DNA from: Tubiluchus corallicola
Lineage: Eukaryota; Animalia; Priapulida
Length of the DNA stretch: 64,000 nucleotides
Direction: 5' to 3'
Assembly: GCA_030141605.1 (NCBI GenBank)
Contig: JAQGDQ010000900.1
Span: 1 to 64,000 of the forward strand
Each line of letters begins with the position of its first letter. Positions within the stretch are counted from its first letter, which is position 1. Made by a program: the position numbers and the translations under genes. Below, one piece after another: positions 1 through 19,590 of the stretch. The notes beneath the pieces are model-generated. The model was given only the letters and a program-made list of their open reading frames with translations, was not told where the DNA came from and ran no database searches.

Positions 1-1
1 A

Positions 2-4
<3 letters not shown>

Positions 5-97
<93 letters not shown>
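5..97. repeat. (GA)n microsatellite
   Basis: Pure GA run. Confidence 0.95.
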
Positions 98-98
<1 letters not shown>

Positions 99-138
99 AA
101 GAGGCTGAGAGGACAGAGAAGTGGTGGAAAAACTTTAC

Positions 139-6432
<6,294 letters not shown>

Positions 6433-6533
6433 TCATACGGTGACTGCCTGATATCACACGAATCAAGATAAACCCTTTATACACAACGAATAAACACGAT
6501 GTAAGAAAAGTACACAAACAACACATTCAACAC

Positions 6534-6548
6534 CGGCGCGGCCATTTT
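6534..6548 (-). promoter_or_regulatory. YY1-like motif near the presumed spinster transcription start
   Basis: Minus strand reads AAAATGGCCGCGCC about 100 bp upstream of the ATG at 6432. This matches the AANATGGC YY1-type motif often found just downstream of housekeeping TSSs. Confidence 0.35.
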
Positions 6549-8185
6549 AACAACGTCATAATTTCCTAACTCAAGTTTCGTCCGCACAGGCGCACTGGCT
6601 GTTTCTGTTACGACCAAACTGCACACGTTTCAGCACCATATGTGTTGTACATTATACATGTAGTATAGTCACTGGAGCGCCAACGTTTACTGGAGACTGC
6701 TGCATTTACTGCCTCAACAACAGATTTCTTTATAATCACAACTGTACTTTCTCAAGTACCCCAATAATTTTAATTAATTTGGTTGATCCCGATCAATTCC
6801 AAGTTTGAAATCTACGAAATCTCTGAAAAGCATCACAATAAGACATATTAGCAGTATTATTGAAGCCCAAGTGACTACCATTATGGTCCGGGGAGAGCCT
6901 GAGCTATCAACAAATGTAGTGCCTAAATGCAAGGATTCATGCACAATAATTTTAATATCTTAGTTGTTATAGAGCTGCTCTTCAAGTTTTGTGCAGATGT
7001 ATGAACAGCCTTTATCATGTACTCGTGACGAATGGGAGCGATTTTTGTCATACCTTTCCGCCTGGGTTAATCAGAAGGCGAGTTGTTGTTCGTCATTGAA
7101 GATATACCTCTGATAAGGATCCTGAAACTTTGGACAGTGAGATGAAGTAGGTCCTATGCTGCACATGCGAAAATGTCCTACTCTTTAGAAGTATAGAATT
7201 TTTGTGTCCAAATGATTCGTAGGCCCAAATAACCTATGAACACAAATTACCTATGAGTCAGATGGTGACCAAAACAGACAATGCCCAGTTGCTTATCTGG
7301 CGAAGACAACCAGGGTACATGTGTTTTGTGAGGAAGCATCCTGTGTCAAAACGTTTGGATCTACAGTGAAAAAAGAAATATTTTGTGAGTAGTATTGGCT
7401 GTGTCACTCAAGTGCTCATTGGCAATGCACGAAAAAAGCTGTTTGTCTTTAGCATGTTCAGTTTAAATAACTTTCTTATCCTGTTTACTAAAATAGCATT
7501 ATCTGTTTGGTCATCAGTCTAAGACTAAGGCTACACCCATGTTAGCCTAATGGTTAATCCACCACTGGCAATTATTACCAGTGCAGTTACATTGTGGTAG
7601 CTATCCTTGCGTCAGGGTTATTGAACACTGATGTTGACAACATTATTGTTGTTATGATTATTGCTACTGCTACAAAAGTTACTGTAGCTTTGGAAGAAAA
7701 TTTCTTCTTTAGATAGAACTTTCTAGACCACTTGTTGAAGACAAAACTGTTTTGGCAATAACATTATTGTAACTCAAACTCTGCTGTGCTCATTATTGTA
7801 ACTCTAAGCATTGTCAGTAAAGGTTTGATAACCAAGTTGAAAACTCACTTTTCCATACTGCTACTCGTTATTTACCACATTGACAGAAGATCTATATCCG
7901 TCCAAACAAAATGAGGTTGATTCCATTCTGTAACATTCATCTGAGAGAAGCAGCCACTGCAATTGAACCTTCAGCTGCTAATTCGACCAAGAACTGCATG
8001 AAAAATAATAATCATTGTGCTCTTTGTTAACCTACCGGATAAATTTCATGTTTATTTTTTTAACCGTGAACTGCAATCTGTCTGAGGAAGTTCAGTTGAT
8101 GTTCTGGTTCTGCGCAGAACATTTACTAGACGTTACTAAACTTCAAGAATTTTGAGATCTCCATTTTGCAGTCAGAGATAATTTC

Positions 8186-9066
8186 TGGAATATGGGTTAA
8201 AGGACTTTTAAATGGAATATGGGTTAACGGACTTTTTAATGGAATATGGGTTAACGGACTTTTTAATGGAATATGGGTTCAAGGATCATTAAATGGAATA
8301 TGGGTTAAAGGACCTTTAAATGGAATATGGGTTAAAGGACCTTTAAATGGAATATGGGTTAAAGGGCTTTTAAATGGAATATGGGTTAACGGACTTTTTA
8401 ATGGAATATGGGTTCAAGGATCATTAAATGGAATATGGGTTAAAGGACTTTTAAATGGAATATGGGTTAAAGGACTTTTAAATGGAATATGGGTTCAAGG
8501 ATCATTAAATGGAATATGGGTTAAAGGACCTTTAAATGGAATATGGGTTAAAGGACCTTTAAATGGAATATGGGTTAAAGGACCTTTAAATGGAATATGG
8601 GTTAAAGGACCTTTAAATGGAATATGGGTTCAAGGATCATTAAATGGAATATGGGTTAAAGGACCTTTAAATGGAATATGGGTTAAAGGGCTTTTAAATG
8701 GAATATGGGTTAACGGACTTTTTAATGGAATATGGGTTCAAGGATCATTAAATGGAATATGGGTTAAAGGACTTTTAAATGGAATATGGGTTAAAGGGCT
8801 TTTAAATGGAATATGGGTTAACGGACTTTTAAATGGAATATGGGTTCAAGGATCATTAAATGGAATATGGGTTAAAGGACCTTTAAATGGAATATGGGTT
8901 AAAGGACCTTTAAATGGAATATGGGTTAAAGGACCTTTAAATGGAATATGGGTTAAAGGACCTTTAAATGGAATATGGGTTAAAAGACTTTTAAATGGAA
9001 TATGGGTTAGAGGACCTTTAAATGGAATATGGGTTAGAGGACTTTTAAATGGAATATGGGTTAAAA
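8186..9066. repeat. 27-bp minisatellite (~32 copies)
   Basis: Unit tggaatatgggttaaaggacctttaaa with a few recurring variants. Confidence 0.95.
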
Positions 9067-9074
9067 GAATGTCG

Positions 9075-9525
9075 CTGTGGCATGAATACAAAATGTGTTA
9101 TGTCACTATGGCATAAGAACAAAATGTGTTACGTCATTGACGCATGTGAACAAAATGTGTTACGTCATTGGGGCATGAGAACAAAGTGTGTTACGTCATT
9201 GAGGTACGAGAACAAAATGTGTTACGTCATTGAGGCATGAGAACAAAATGTGTTACGTCATTGAGGCACGAGAACAAAATGTGTTACATCATTGAGGCAC
9301 GAGAACAAAATGTGTTACGTCATTGAGGCACGAGAACAAAATGCGTTACGTCGTTGAGGCATGAGAACAAAATGTGTTACGTCATTGAGGTATGAGAACA
9401 AAATGCGTTATGTCATTGAGGCATGAGAACAAAATGTGTTACGTCATTGAGGCATGAGGTCAAAATGCGTTACGTCATTGAGGTATTAGAACAAGGTGCG
9501 TTATGTGCATTGTGGCATGAGAGCC
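9075..9525. repeat. 31-bp minisatellite (~14 copies)
   Basis: Unit gagaacaaaatgtgttacgtcattgaggcat, directly abutting the 27-bp array. Confidence 0.95.
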
Positions 9526-10119
9526 AAACATGATCTTGCTGAAGTGTGAGAACATACAGTAATTTGGCTGCTGTGGCATGTCATTGCGAGTTGGTATATA
9601 GTCATTTACACAGTCATGTTAAAGTTTCAGTAGACTTATATGAGATAAAATTTCAGAAAAAGAAAACACATACAACTCAGAACTCAGCCGTTAATGAGTT
9701 ATAATAGACGATTATATAATTTTCAATAAACTATGTATTTGTCTACCTACAATCAAGAAGGATATACTCAATCTTGAATACTTTTCAAATTTGCAGTATA
9801 TAAAAATAGGTTTGCCACGAGATGCAATACTCGATTACACAGAGTTAGCAATACAAAAATAGTTTGCAGCTCTAACGCGATTAATAAGCTTCTCGGGCAG
9901 AAACACACGGACTTCAAAGGTAGTAAACACACAAGAATAACACCCTTTTATAAAATATGAACTTGTACAATGTATCAGTTCAATTTATCGAAAAAACTGG
10001 AATTTAATTTAAAAAAAGTTTAAAGAGGCTAAAAGGAAAGTGTGAAAAAACTAGAAAGTATAGAGCGAAAGAAAATGCTAACCACTAAATTTTAAAGGTG
10101 GAAAGGGCCGAGTTGCAAC

Positions 10120-10157
10120 AAGAGAGAGAAAGAGAGAAGGGAAGAACGACAGGGAGA

Positions 10158-10193
<36 letters not shown>

Positions 10194-10270
10194 CAGAAAG
10201 AGAGAGGAGAGAAGATAAAGAGAGAGAGGGGAGAGAGAGAGAGAGAGAGAGAGAAAGAAAGAGGGAGAGA
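10120..10270. repeat. (GA)n-rich tract in the presumed RASL10 3' UTR
   Basis: Imperfect GA run 200-330 bp downstream of the RASL10 stop. Confidence 0.85.
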
Positions 10271-10454
10271 TTTGGTGAAGAAAATGGTGAAACTTGAATA
10301 ACTGACGAAGAAGAGGACGAGTAAAAGAATGAGAAACTGACAAAGAGAAGAAAAGAAAAATTGATAAACAGAAAAACAAGCTTTCCAGCGTGTGGGTGGC
10401 TCCCATTGAAATTGCTTAATTCTGATGTTAGTTAAGATTTGTTCAGGTTTGGCT

Positions 10455-11134
10455 TCATAAGACCACACATTTTTGTCTACTGAATACGTCACAAACAACA
10501 TTCCTAGTTGTAGTTGGTTTGTTGCCATAATCAATATAGTCAATGGTGGACATCAAGTCTTTGAATAAAGGCACCACTTGCCAGTCATACTTTGCTGAGG
10601 TCTCAATGTATCCACACTTCCAAGTCTTCTGCACCAAGTTCATGAAATCGCGCCGATAGATGTCGCTGCTTCCGGTTTTATCGTGTTTGTTTCCCACGAC
10701 GTAAACGGGAACTGAATGCATGTTCCGACTTGCAAGAATTTGTTCACGGATTGTTTTCAGGTACGCGAATGTTTCCTCGTCCATCAGGTCGTACACCAAC
10801 ACGTACGCAGTCGCATTGCGTACGCCGTAACACCTAAACTCTGACCATTCGTATAACGCATTTACAGGAAAGTACGGTAATACTGGAATATCCACCAACT
10901 TCACTTCGTACATGTGTTCGTTAATAATGACGGATGGATAAAATGTTTGTTTACTTGTAGTCGGGCTGTATTCATCACTGAACTCGTTGTAGATGAACTG
11001 TTGTATTAGTGAAGTTTTTCCCACACAGGGGGCGCCAAGGATAACGATCTTCACGAGCTCGATGCCATCGGGGCTCAGTGGACCTTCTACAACTTTCAGA
11101 GGTTCGTCGACAACTTCATCTATTGTGATCGCAT
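10455..11134 (-). CDS. RASL10: Ras-like family member 10 (RASL10-type) small GTPase, terminal coding exon
   Basis: G1 GAPCVGKTS, G2 YSPT, degenerate G3 (DIPV in place of DxxG, typical of RASL10), G4 GNKHD, G5 ETSAK and CAAX CVVL*. The ORF track starts at a TTG; the better start is the acceptor ttgttgtttcag| at 11135, so an upstream phase-1 exon is implied. Confidence 0.88.
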
Positions 11135-11503
11135 CTGAAACAACAACAACAATTATTCCTAGAGAAGTTGATGTTGACTTTGACAAATTTTTTACCCGTG
11201 TATCTTATACAGAGCAGAACAAACAGAACAAAGCAAAATCATTCTCTGAAGCTTTTCGTGCGTCAAATTGCTAAAGTATAACTTTTCTCAATTTTTCTCA
11301 AATCGAGCTGGAACTCATTGCCTGCATATGTTGATGGTGCACCCCTCGTAACTATAAGTAATTAAACAGATTATAGGTAATTAATATTAATTCTAATGCT
11401 GAATTTCGGTTTATGTGATGTAATTCTACTAAAAACAAAACAATGCATTATGACTCTGGTTAAGTGAAAAATACGTCCCCTAAAAAATCAATAATCCTCT
11501 TAA

Positions 11504-12053
11504 AGGAAGACCCGGACGATTGTCTAGACTTAATCTCACTTTAATTTACTGTCTAAAATATAAGCCTACATTTTCTTGCCTATAAAAGTTAGCAATTGTT
11601 TCTTATATTTGAATAATTAGCTTAGAAAGTTAATTAACGGGAACCGAACACAGCTATTGCTTATGTCATACACTAACCACAGTTTGTGCAATGGCAGGCA
11701 TCTTCCCTTGCGCATCACGTACATTTGTGTAAGTGTTACAGTACTGCTTAAACGCGTGATGTTACGAAAATGGGTTCTACGTCATATGACGTCAGAAACT
11801 AACACAGCAGTTCATGATCATGGTTTATCACGGTATACCGCCTTCTATTTGTCGGCCACGCGCATGTGACAAAAAGGCGCTGCTGCCAATCTTAGTAGAT
11901 TCACTGAACTCTTTGAAAGTTTAACAAAATTTGAGTATCCGAGGTAATTGTTATTTATTCTAAGCTTTCATTTAAAAAAGCTGTTGTAGTTTTCAATATT
12001 TTAGAACATTCTTTATTCTGAACTAATGTTTACACAATCGTCCGGTTTTCCTT
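11504..12053. mobile_element. Kolobok-like TTAA MITE family K1, copy 1
   Basis: TTAA|AGGAAGACCCGGACGATTG ... CAATCGTCCGGTTTTCCT(T)|TTAA. A full second copy is at 61259-61799 and end fragments are near 5510 and 50862-50937. TTAA TSD with purine-purine termini is Kolobok-like. Confidence 0.82.
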
Positions 12054-12469
12054 TTAAGATATAATTTGAAAGTGTTTATGTTAAGACATTGGTTGAAGCC
12101 CTTCTCGTTTGCTGTTCTAACACTTCTCTGGTTTTATCCTATAGCCTTACACAGCTTATCGATTGACTGCGCACTCGATCAGCAAGCGTCAAATATTTAA
12201 GAGATAAGCATCCTATGCGAAATTGATCTGCCTCAAGTTTCCTCTGTTTTGTTGACTCTCGAGAACTTTATAGAGACAAACAAGACGCGCCACGGATTGT
12301 AAATAAAAGATTTATGTTTTAATGATTATAGCAGTGGCATTTGCAAACCTGACTGAAGAGAAGTAAAGTTTGAAGACAAGCGAGCAAAATATTGAAAGGT
12401 TTAACTTAAATCAGGTTTGAAAACTTGAGAAAGACGAACTAGCAAAACAAACAAACATAAAAAACACGC

Positions 12470-12729
12470 ACAGGGACATACAGGCAAGCAGACAGGCAGA
12501 GAGACAAACAGACATACAGACAGACGGACAAACAGAGAGACAGACACACAGACAGGCAGACAAACAGACACACAGGCAAGCAGACAAACAGACAGACAGA
12601 CACACAGACAGACAGACAGGCAGACACACAGACAGACAGGTAAACAGACACACAGACAGACGGACAGACGGACAGACGGACGGACGGACGGACGGACGGA
12701 CGGGCAGACAGACAGGCAGGCAGGCAGGC

Positions 12730-12785
<56 letters not shown>

Positions 12786-13270
12786 GGACGGACGGACGGA
12801 CGGGCAGACAGACAGACAGACACACAGACAGTCAGACAGACACACAGACAGACAGACAGACAGGCAGGCAGGCAGACAGACAAGCAGATAGACAGACAGG
12901 CAGACAGGCAGACAGACAGACAGACAGAGAAGCTTATTCACAAACAAGCAAGCAAACAAAGAAATAATCAAACTAAGAGTAAACTCTATTGAAATGGTTG
13001 CAACTTTATGAAAGAATAATAAATGGTGCAGTGCAGTGCCGCACTGTACTGTACCGTACTGTACTGTACTGTACTAAACTGTACTGTACTGTACTGTACT
13101 GCACTGCACTGCACTGCACTGCACTGCACTGCACTGCACTGCACTGCACTGCACTGCACTGCACTGCACTGCACTGCACTGCACTGCACTGCACTGCACT
13201 GCACTGCACTGCACTGCACTGCACTGTACTGTACTGTACTGCAGTGCATTGCGCTGTACTGTGCAGCATT
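12470..13270. repeat. Compound (GACA/GACG/GGCA)n and (GTACT/GCACT)n microsatellites
   Basis: Tetranucleotide block at about 12470-12930 and pentanucleotide block at about 13030-13270. Confidence 0.95.
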
Positions 13271-13504
13271 GTGCTGCATCAGTTTTCCTGTACCATTCTT
13301 TATCGTGTCTTACTGTGTAGGACAATACACTTGCGGCGTAATAATTCGCAGTGCAGTATGGCACAATGCAACATAGCCATGGTATATAATGTGATATAAC
13401 GTAATACGGTATATAATGCAGTGCACTATTATATATACGGTATATAATGCAATGCGTTTTGTTCGTTTAGCTGCATTTAGTAATATTAAAGGACTGATTA
13501 TTAA

Positions 13505-13885
13505 CTGATTATACGTATAATTGTATTTTAAGTTATTATGTAGACTGTCTTTCAATGAAGTATTCATTAATAAACAACTTATGCTAGAATCGACTACACG
13601 TACTGCTGTAATAACTGTAATACTACACTAATTGTACTAATTGTATTGTATTAAGTCATTATGTAGACTGTCTTTTCAATCAAGTACTCATTAATAAACA
13701 ACTTATGCTAGAATCAACTGCATGTACTGCTGTAATAACTGTAATACTACACTAATTGTATTAATTGTAATGTATTAAGTTGTTATGTAGACTGTCTTTT
13801 CAATCAAGTACTCATTAATAAACAACTTATGCTAGAATCTTATGTACTGCTGTAATAACAGTAATACTACACTAATTGTATTAAT
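13505..13885. repeat. ~123-bp tandem triplication
   Basis: tatgtagactgtct...cattaataaacaacttatgctagaatc...tactgctgtaataac recurs near 13538, 13660 and 13785. Confidence 0.9.
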
Positions 13886-14670
13886 TTCACATGTATTGGA
13901 TTTCTGAATTAAGTAGCAACATTGTGCATTACAATTTACAATTTATACTTTGTATGAGCTTATAGGCTTATGTAAATCAAGAATCGTTTCTGTTATCGTA
14001 TCTATTGTATGGGTTTTGTAAATTTCAATTAAGTATTAACTAATGAACTAATCGTATCTTTGAATTAACTATTTTGAGTTGTTACATACTAGAACTAACT
14101 AATTGTATATTTCATCACTGCAAATAGTGGAAATACTGTGATCAGTAATAGTTACTGTGTTATAAATTTACTCAAAATAAATAAAGTTTATACATTAAAG
14201 GACAACCACAAAAAAGTCTGATGTTGGGAGAAGGAAATATGTAATCTATATAATGACGAAAAATTCTCGCTTTGGGGATTTGTGTCTCGCGTTCGCGTCG
14301 CAATGATGGTGATTTGTAGCGAAATAAATTAATAGAGGAAGCCAGTGAGCCTGATGAAGCACTTCACACAGTACAATACGAGTATAGTCAAGATTAATGC
14401 TGCTAAGATTTGATTTAATCTGATCAGAATAGACGAGAAGCTTTCTGCACAGTAAAGCGTTTCTTTGTGGGTGACAATTAAGACCTGGTTTTGCACAAAG
14501 GGGGTAAAAGCGCGTGGAACAATAAAGAAAACGATTAGCAAATTCTTTACTGGTTGTTGGGGGGGGGGGGCGGATGTTGTGATTTTTTAGGCAGTTCGAC
14601 TTCCTGTAAATCGAGACGCCGCATTCAGCAATGCACGAACTTAATTTTAATGCTTGCAACTTTGAAGTTT

Positions 14671-14817
<147 letters not shown>

Positions 14818-15274
14818 TTTATTCTATTTTTTAGACTTCTTTTACAATGACATAAGTCTTTCAAACATGTAAGCATAATGCATTTGAAGTAAACTAACTT
14901 CCGGGATGTGGTTTAAAAATCCCTTTTCTCTTCCTGTTTAACACATAATATGTTACACCTAATTAACAACGATCATGGCAATATGTCTTCAGAACAGGCT
15001 TGCCCTATTCAGCTCAAAGGTCATGGCTGCGTGGCTATCTATCCAATGACTTTACAGATTAACTTGTCCTGTAGCGATTATAAAAATTATATCACTTACA
15101 TGATTTTCACCTTACTGTGGGTTCAGAACTTGTGACGCCAAATTTGACCTTGAAATACCAGTCAAGGTCGTAATGTGACATCACCAAAAGAAAGCTAAAA
15201 CGACTATCTAAGTACATCCAGCCGAAAAGATCATGTTTATCATATATCATCACTTCCAGAGCCTCATTCATATC

Positions 15275-15741
15275 CAGGAGCGTATCAAGACTTCACGGCG
15301 CCCTAGGCTGATAGTTCTGTCCCACCCATTTCTATTGTGAATTTATGGTTGTTTATGTAATGAGCAGATTTAACAATTACTTGTGGTGTATTAGAAACAC
15401 TATTAACCTAGTCTCTATGCAGTCATTATTAATTACATGTATTTGCTTAGCACTTATATTAAGGCAGGTGCGCAACTGTTTGTTGTGTAATACCTTGCAC
15501 CTGTTCGTTATGTGGCATTTATATATAAAGCTGATTTATACAAAAGTGGTCAGTAACTGTCTGTGGTGTGTTATGAAATGCACCCTTTACATGAATATGA
15601 AAGTATATACATTTTCCGAGGAGAATAAAAATGTTTTCTAAAATGTGACGCCACTCAAACTTTGGCGAACTCGGCTATAGCCTAGTTAGCCTATTGGTTA
15701 ATGCCCCCAGCCTAGTTAGCCTATTGGTTAATACGCCCCTG
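15275..15741. mobile_element. hAT-type MITE
   Basis: Termini CAGGAGCGTAT / ATACGCCCCTG with a near-perfect 8-bp TSD (TTCATATC / TTTATATC). Confidence 0.75.
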
Positions 15742-16080
15742 TTTATATCCACCTCGTGTGACGTCATTCATGCATCTATTAACCGCGAAACCTAATATTT
15801 CGACCAGCAAGTTACCCCGTAAAGAGTTTCAAGCTTCTAGCTTTAACACTTAAAGTTGTCTATGCACATACAGACGCTCTAATTAGTACACAGTTGACAG
15901 TTTAAAGCATTTACTCTGCAGTGTGGAAAAACTGGCTTCTGTTGTAAATACTGATTAATAATCGATATGCTATTGAGCGATTATTAGTCTGCAGTTCAAT
16001 AGAGTTCAAGCACTTTGCCCATGGGCTGGTATTGCAAAGCTAATGGTAAAATTCCGGACAGCGGATACATAAATCTTTAA

Positions 16081-16686
16081 AGCAAAACCGGACCCATTCT
16101 TAAACTGTAGATCAAAACAATCTACTCTTTAAAATATTGAAAGGAAACGTACTCTTTTTTTCAAAAATGACTTACGTGAAAGAATTCTTACCACACAAGC
16201 ACAACTTCGCGTTCGCGCCATTATTTCTTCGCTGTTACACGCATTTTGCCATTCGCTAGTTAAACGGGCACTAGTGCCTGCATTTCGGAAACGCATTACT
16301 CAAAAACAGATGCTGTACCTCTCAGTAACAGATGTGTTAGTTTGTGACGAACAGCTCATGCGCGAGCACAGCGTTAAATTTGAAATTTGAATTTTTATCT
16401 TAAAACTTGCCTAGTTTTGGTACAGCACACTGAATATCTTACAGTAGCCCTGTACTTCAATTTTCGCTTTCGCAAACACGTGCAACATGCTCGTGGAATA
16501 TTTTTGCTGTTGAAAATTATGTTTGTTTGTGATGTCATCAATAGTTTGGCTCGCTCGCTGTTAATTAAGTTTTTAATCTATTACTTAATTATCAGAAACG
16601 CCTTTGCAGTATTAATGCCGTTAAAATGTATAGTTTTTATCGGACTTGAAAATGGGGTAGTGTATGAAAAATCATCCTGCCTTCCT
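16081..16686. mobile_element. Kolobok-like TTAA MITE family K2, copy 1
   Basis: TTAA|AGCAAAACCGGAC ... ATCCTGCCTTCCT|TTAA. A full copy is at 37302-37928 and right-end fragments are at about 17085-17267, 25818-25993 and 50330-50555. Confidence 0.82.
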
Positions 16687-18239
16687 TTAATACAAATAGA
16701 TTGTAAATTAAAACCCATTATTGGCTGGCCAGAAAACTTAATGGCGAGATAAACTTATAATATTTTTTGAAATCGAGCTAGGAATAATGAAGTGTACTGT
16801 AGTTTTAACAAAATGAAAATATGAAATGAAAACGGATGCAGACTTTTTTATTTCGACCATGCTTGGGTATATAGACCCAGTGTTTTAACCCTCACACGTA
16901 GAACGTGGACAGTTTTGGCAAAGGAATTCGAATCGAATATGGAAAAACAAGCGCAGAAAATACTGTACAAAAGCCGGAAGATGGGGTTCAATTCATTAGA
17001 CCTCTTCCTAAAACAAAAGCCAAGTCTCTCGGGAAGTTGAGCTTATTCTAATATTTGAGAAAAACGTAAGAAAGTTTCAGCAATAAAATTGTGATAAGTT
17101 TGTTTGTTTGTGATGTCACCAATAGTTTGGCTAGCTTGCTGTTAATGAAGTTTTTAATCTATTATTTAATTATCAGAACCGCTTTTGCAGTATTTAGTGT
17201 GTTAAAATGTATACTTTTTATTGGACTTGAAAATGGGGTAGTATGTGAAAAATCATCCTATCTTCCTTTAACTCTTTAGCTTTTTAGCACTTTAGCTCGG
17301 GTTAATAAAACGAAGTGAAATGAAATTTAACGGCATGTGCTAGCTTTTAGTATGAAAAGAATTTCTGTTCTAAAACGGAAGCAGCTAACTTTACCCACTT
17401 CTGTCAACTGTTCGCAGAAACGTTTCACAAAATCAAGATGGATAGCTGTATAATTGGATGCGTGGCTGTGTAATTGGGACGAATTTCCGGCTCTTGTAAT
17501 TGCCGATGATTAGGCTACCAAGCAACCGGCTTTGACTCATCTCAACCGGACAATCTCAGCACCTTTGTCCGAAGACCTCAAGGAACAAATTGAGTTGCGC
17601 CTAGGCAATTTGCAGCTCCAGCTACGGAATTATTAATGGCGGATCTTAGCTGCTAAGGTGCAGCTGTGACTGTTCACTTGTTCTGCCGCAAATTGGATAC
17701 ATTAACCTAGTAAATTTCAGACGCGTAATGATGATATAATGTATGACGTAAAACACCTAAACGCCACCCTTGTAAATATCTTATCTTAATCGTGATTTGA
17801 TGTTCTTTCTTTATCTTACTAGAGCCGCCATTATTTCATCTGTTCTTATCAGATTCTTATCAGCAATAATGTGATAAACGTTCTGGCTGCATTAATGGTC
17901 TCTGCAGTGCAGTACAAGGCACTGCTGTTGGTGAAAATGGTGGTGTCGATGACGAAGAAGGCGGAGGCGACGATGATGATGATGATGATGATGACAATGA
18001 TTACAATCACCATGGTAACGATGATGATAACGATGATGGTGGCGCTTTTTTATGGTATACACTATATAGTTTGCTACGCTGCAAGATAGACTCCTTCGTT
18101 CAACGGCAGTTCCTAGTTAATGTGGCTGACTGTAGCAGGCCCGGAACCTAGCTCATTACCAAGGTTTTATTCCCAGCGTTATGTTGAGGCATCGAACTGG
18201 CAGTGGTGAAACGATGACAACCGCGATTACGTCGTTCCT

Positions 18240-18263
18240 GATGGCGATGGTGACGATGATGAC

Positions 18264-18299
<36 letters not shown>

Positions 18300-18545
18300 A
18301 AATTACAATATAATTTTGTCAATGTTTAGGGCAACCATAACGACAATGATGATGAAGAAGAAGAACAAAACACTTACCAGGACCTTGGTGACGATTATTA
18401 CAAACATGTTGCTGATGATGGCGACGATGGAGATGATGATGATAATGATGATGGTGATGATGACGATGATGATAATGATGATGATGATGATGACGATGAC
18501 GGTGACGGTGACGGTGACGATGACAATGACGATGACGATGATGAA
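18240..18545. repeat. (GAT/GAC)n compound microsatellite
   Basis: Direct reading; contains a 42-bp island shared with 24661-24702. Confidence 0.9.
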
Positions 18546-19317
18546 ATTATAATCGCTCGCGATCGACACACATTGGCTGTTTCAATGACAAAACTTTTTG
18601 CAAATATTTAAATGCACGTATGAAAACAAATATTAAGTTTCAACGTAATTTATGCTTCATATTTGCTTCGTGCCATTGTAAACTTGCTACTGCCTGCAGC
18701 TGAACAATTAAATAAAAAAAACCTCGCAAACGCCATTAAATCTTATTCAGCAGCTTCCCGCTAAGTTAATTAAAAAGACCTGAAAGAGTTTCTTCATTTG
18801 CAATCATCACCTCACCGGAGGGAGAGAGAGAGGAGGAAGAAAATGGCTGGCACTGTAAGCGAACGCTCGAGCTAAGTGGCTTCATATTATCTGAGATCTC
18901 TCTTCAAACATTGTATAGAGTACATGAATGGCTTCGGGTCGATCTTCAATACGTCATAACGGAGCCTTGGAAGAGTTTAACAGAAACGTAATCAAATCTA
19001 GTGCAACTCATGAGAATTGTGAGATATTTTATTATTCTGTTTGCAATGCCCTGGTGAAGCCATGGCTTTATGAAACTCCTCTGCATTATTCATTATTGAA
19101 TAACTCTTTACCGTTTCTTTCGCGGCTTCTTTTTGGTTGGTGAGGATGTAACGCAACTTCTTTGGTCTAAATTATTAACATTCACTGACGCTCGGCGCAC
19201 CGCCGAAAATGGGCCAGCAGGTCAAAGATTTGTTTCATTTTTGGAAATTATTTCGTTTTTTATACTTCAGCATACTAACTGATTGTAATAAGCCTTTCAT
19301 TGTTTCGTTGTGCGCAC

Positions 19318-19590
19318 GCGCAGTTGCTGTCGGTTAGATGTTAAGTGCACCACAGCAACGAGTCTCATTTACTGTCGTCACGTGACAGGTGTCGAAAGCA
19401 AAGTCGTCTCTCGGATCAGTTCAGTATTTTCAGTTGTTTTACGAGGACTTTACTTAATTATGCATTCGTCTGTGCAGGAAGTGATTTACTAGCAGGATCT
19501 TGCTTGGGAACAAGAAAAAATGAACTAGGTAAGGTTCTAGCTAGCTGTTAAAACTGTTACTATTACAATGGCATGGGCTGCGAGGCGATG
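19318..19590. repeat. Dispersed repeat; inverted copy at about 47745-48015
   Basis: The shared block ...gatttactagcag(g/a)atcttgcttgggaacaagaaaaaatgaactagg(t/c)aaggttctagctagctgt...catgggctgcgaggc occurs on opposite strands. Confidence 0.8.

Noticed and set aside
6860-7400. Possible very old Penelope remnant (ctgataag...gaaac, gatgaag...cgaaa)
   Set aside because: Core boxes and stems are incomplete and I cannot recover a GIY-YIG or RT frame.
7590-7940. Minus-strand peptide pieces with a receptor-like look (MNVTEWNQPHFVW..., hydrophobic VTFVAVAIIITTIML)
   Set aside because: Several stops and no family motif I can identify; too weak to call a pseudogene without tBLASTn.
8166-9116. 316-aa ORF of GIWVKGPLN repeats
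   Set aside because: It is the stop-free frame of a 27-bp minisatellite, starts at TTG and has no splice or domain support.
12401-13399. Cys/Ser/Val-rich ORFs, and similar ORFs at 3-245, 853, 10085-10543, 14246-14850, 18181, 24333, 33900, 39316-39792, 40916-41366, 41890-42168 and 55174-55565
   Set aside because: They are translations of microsatellites.
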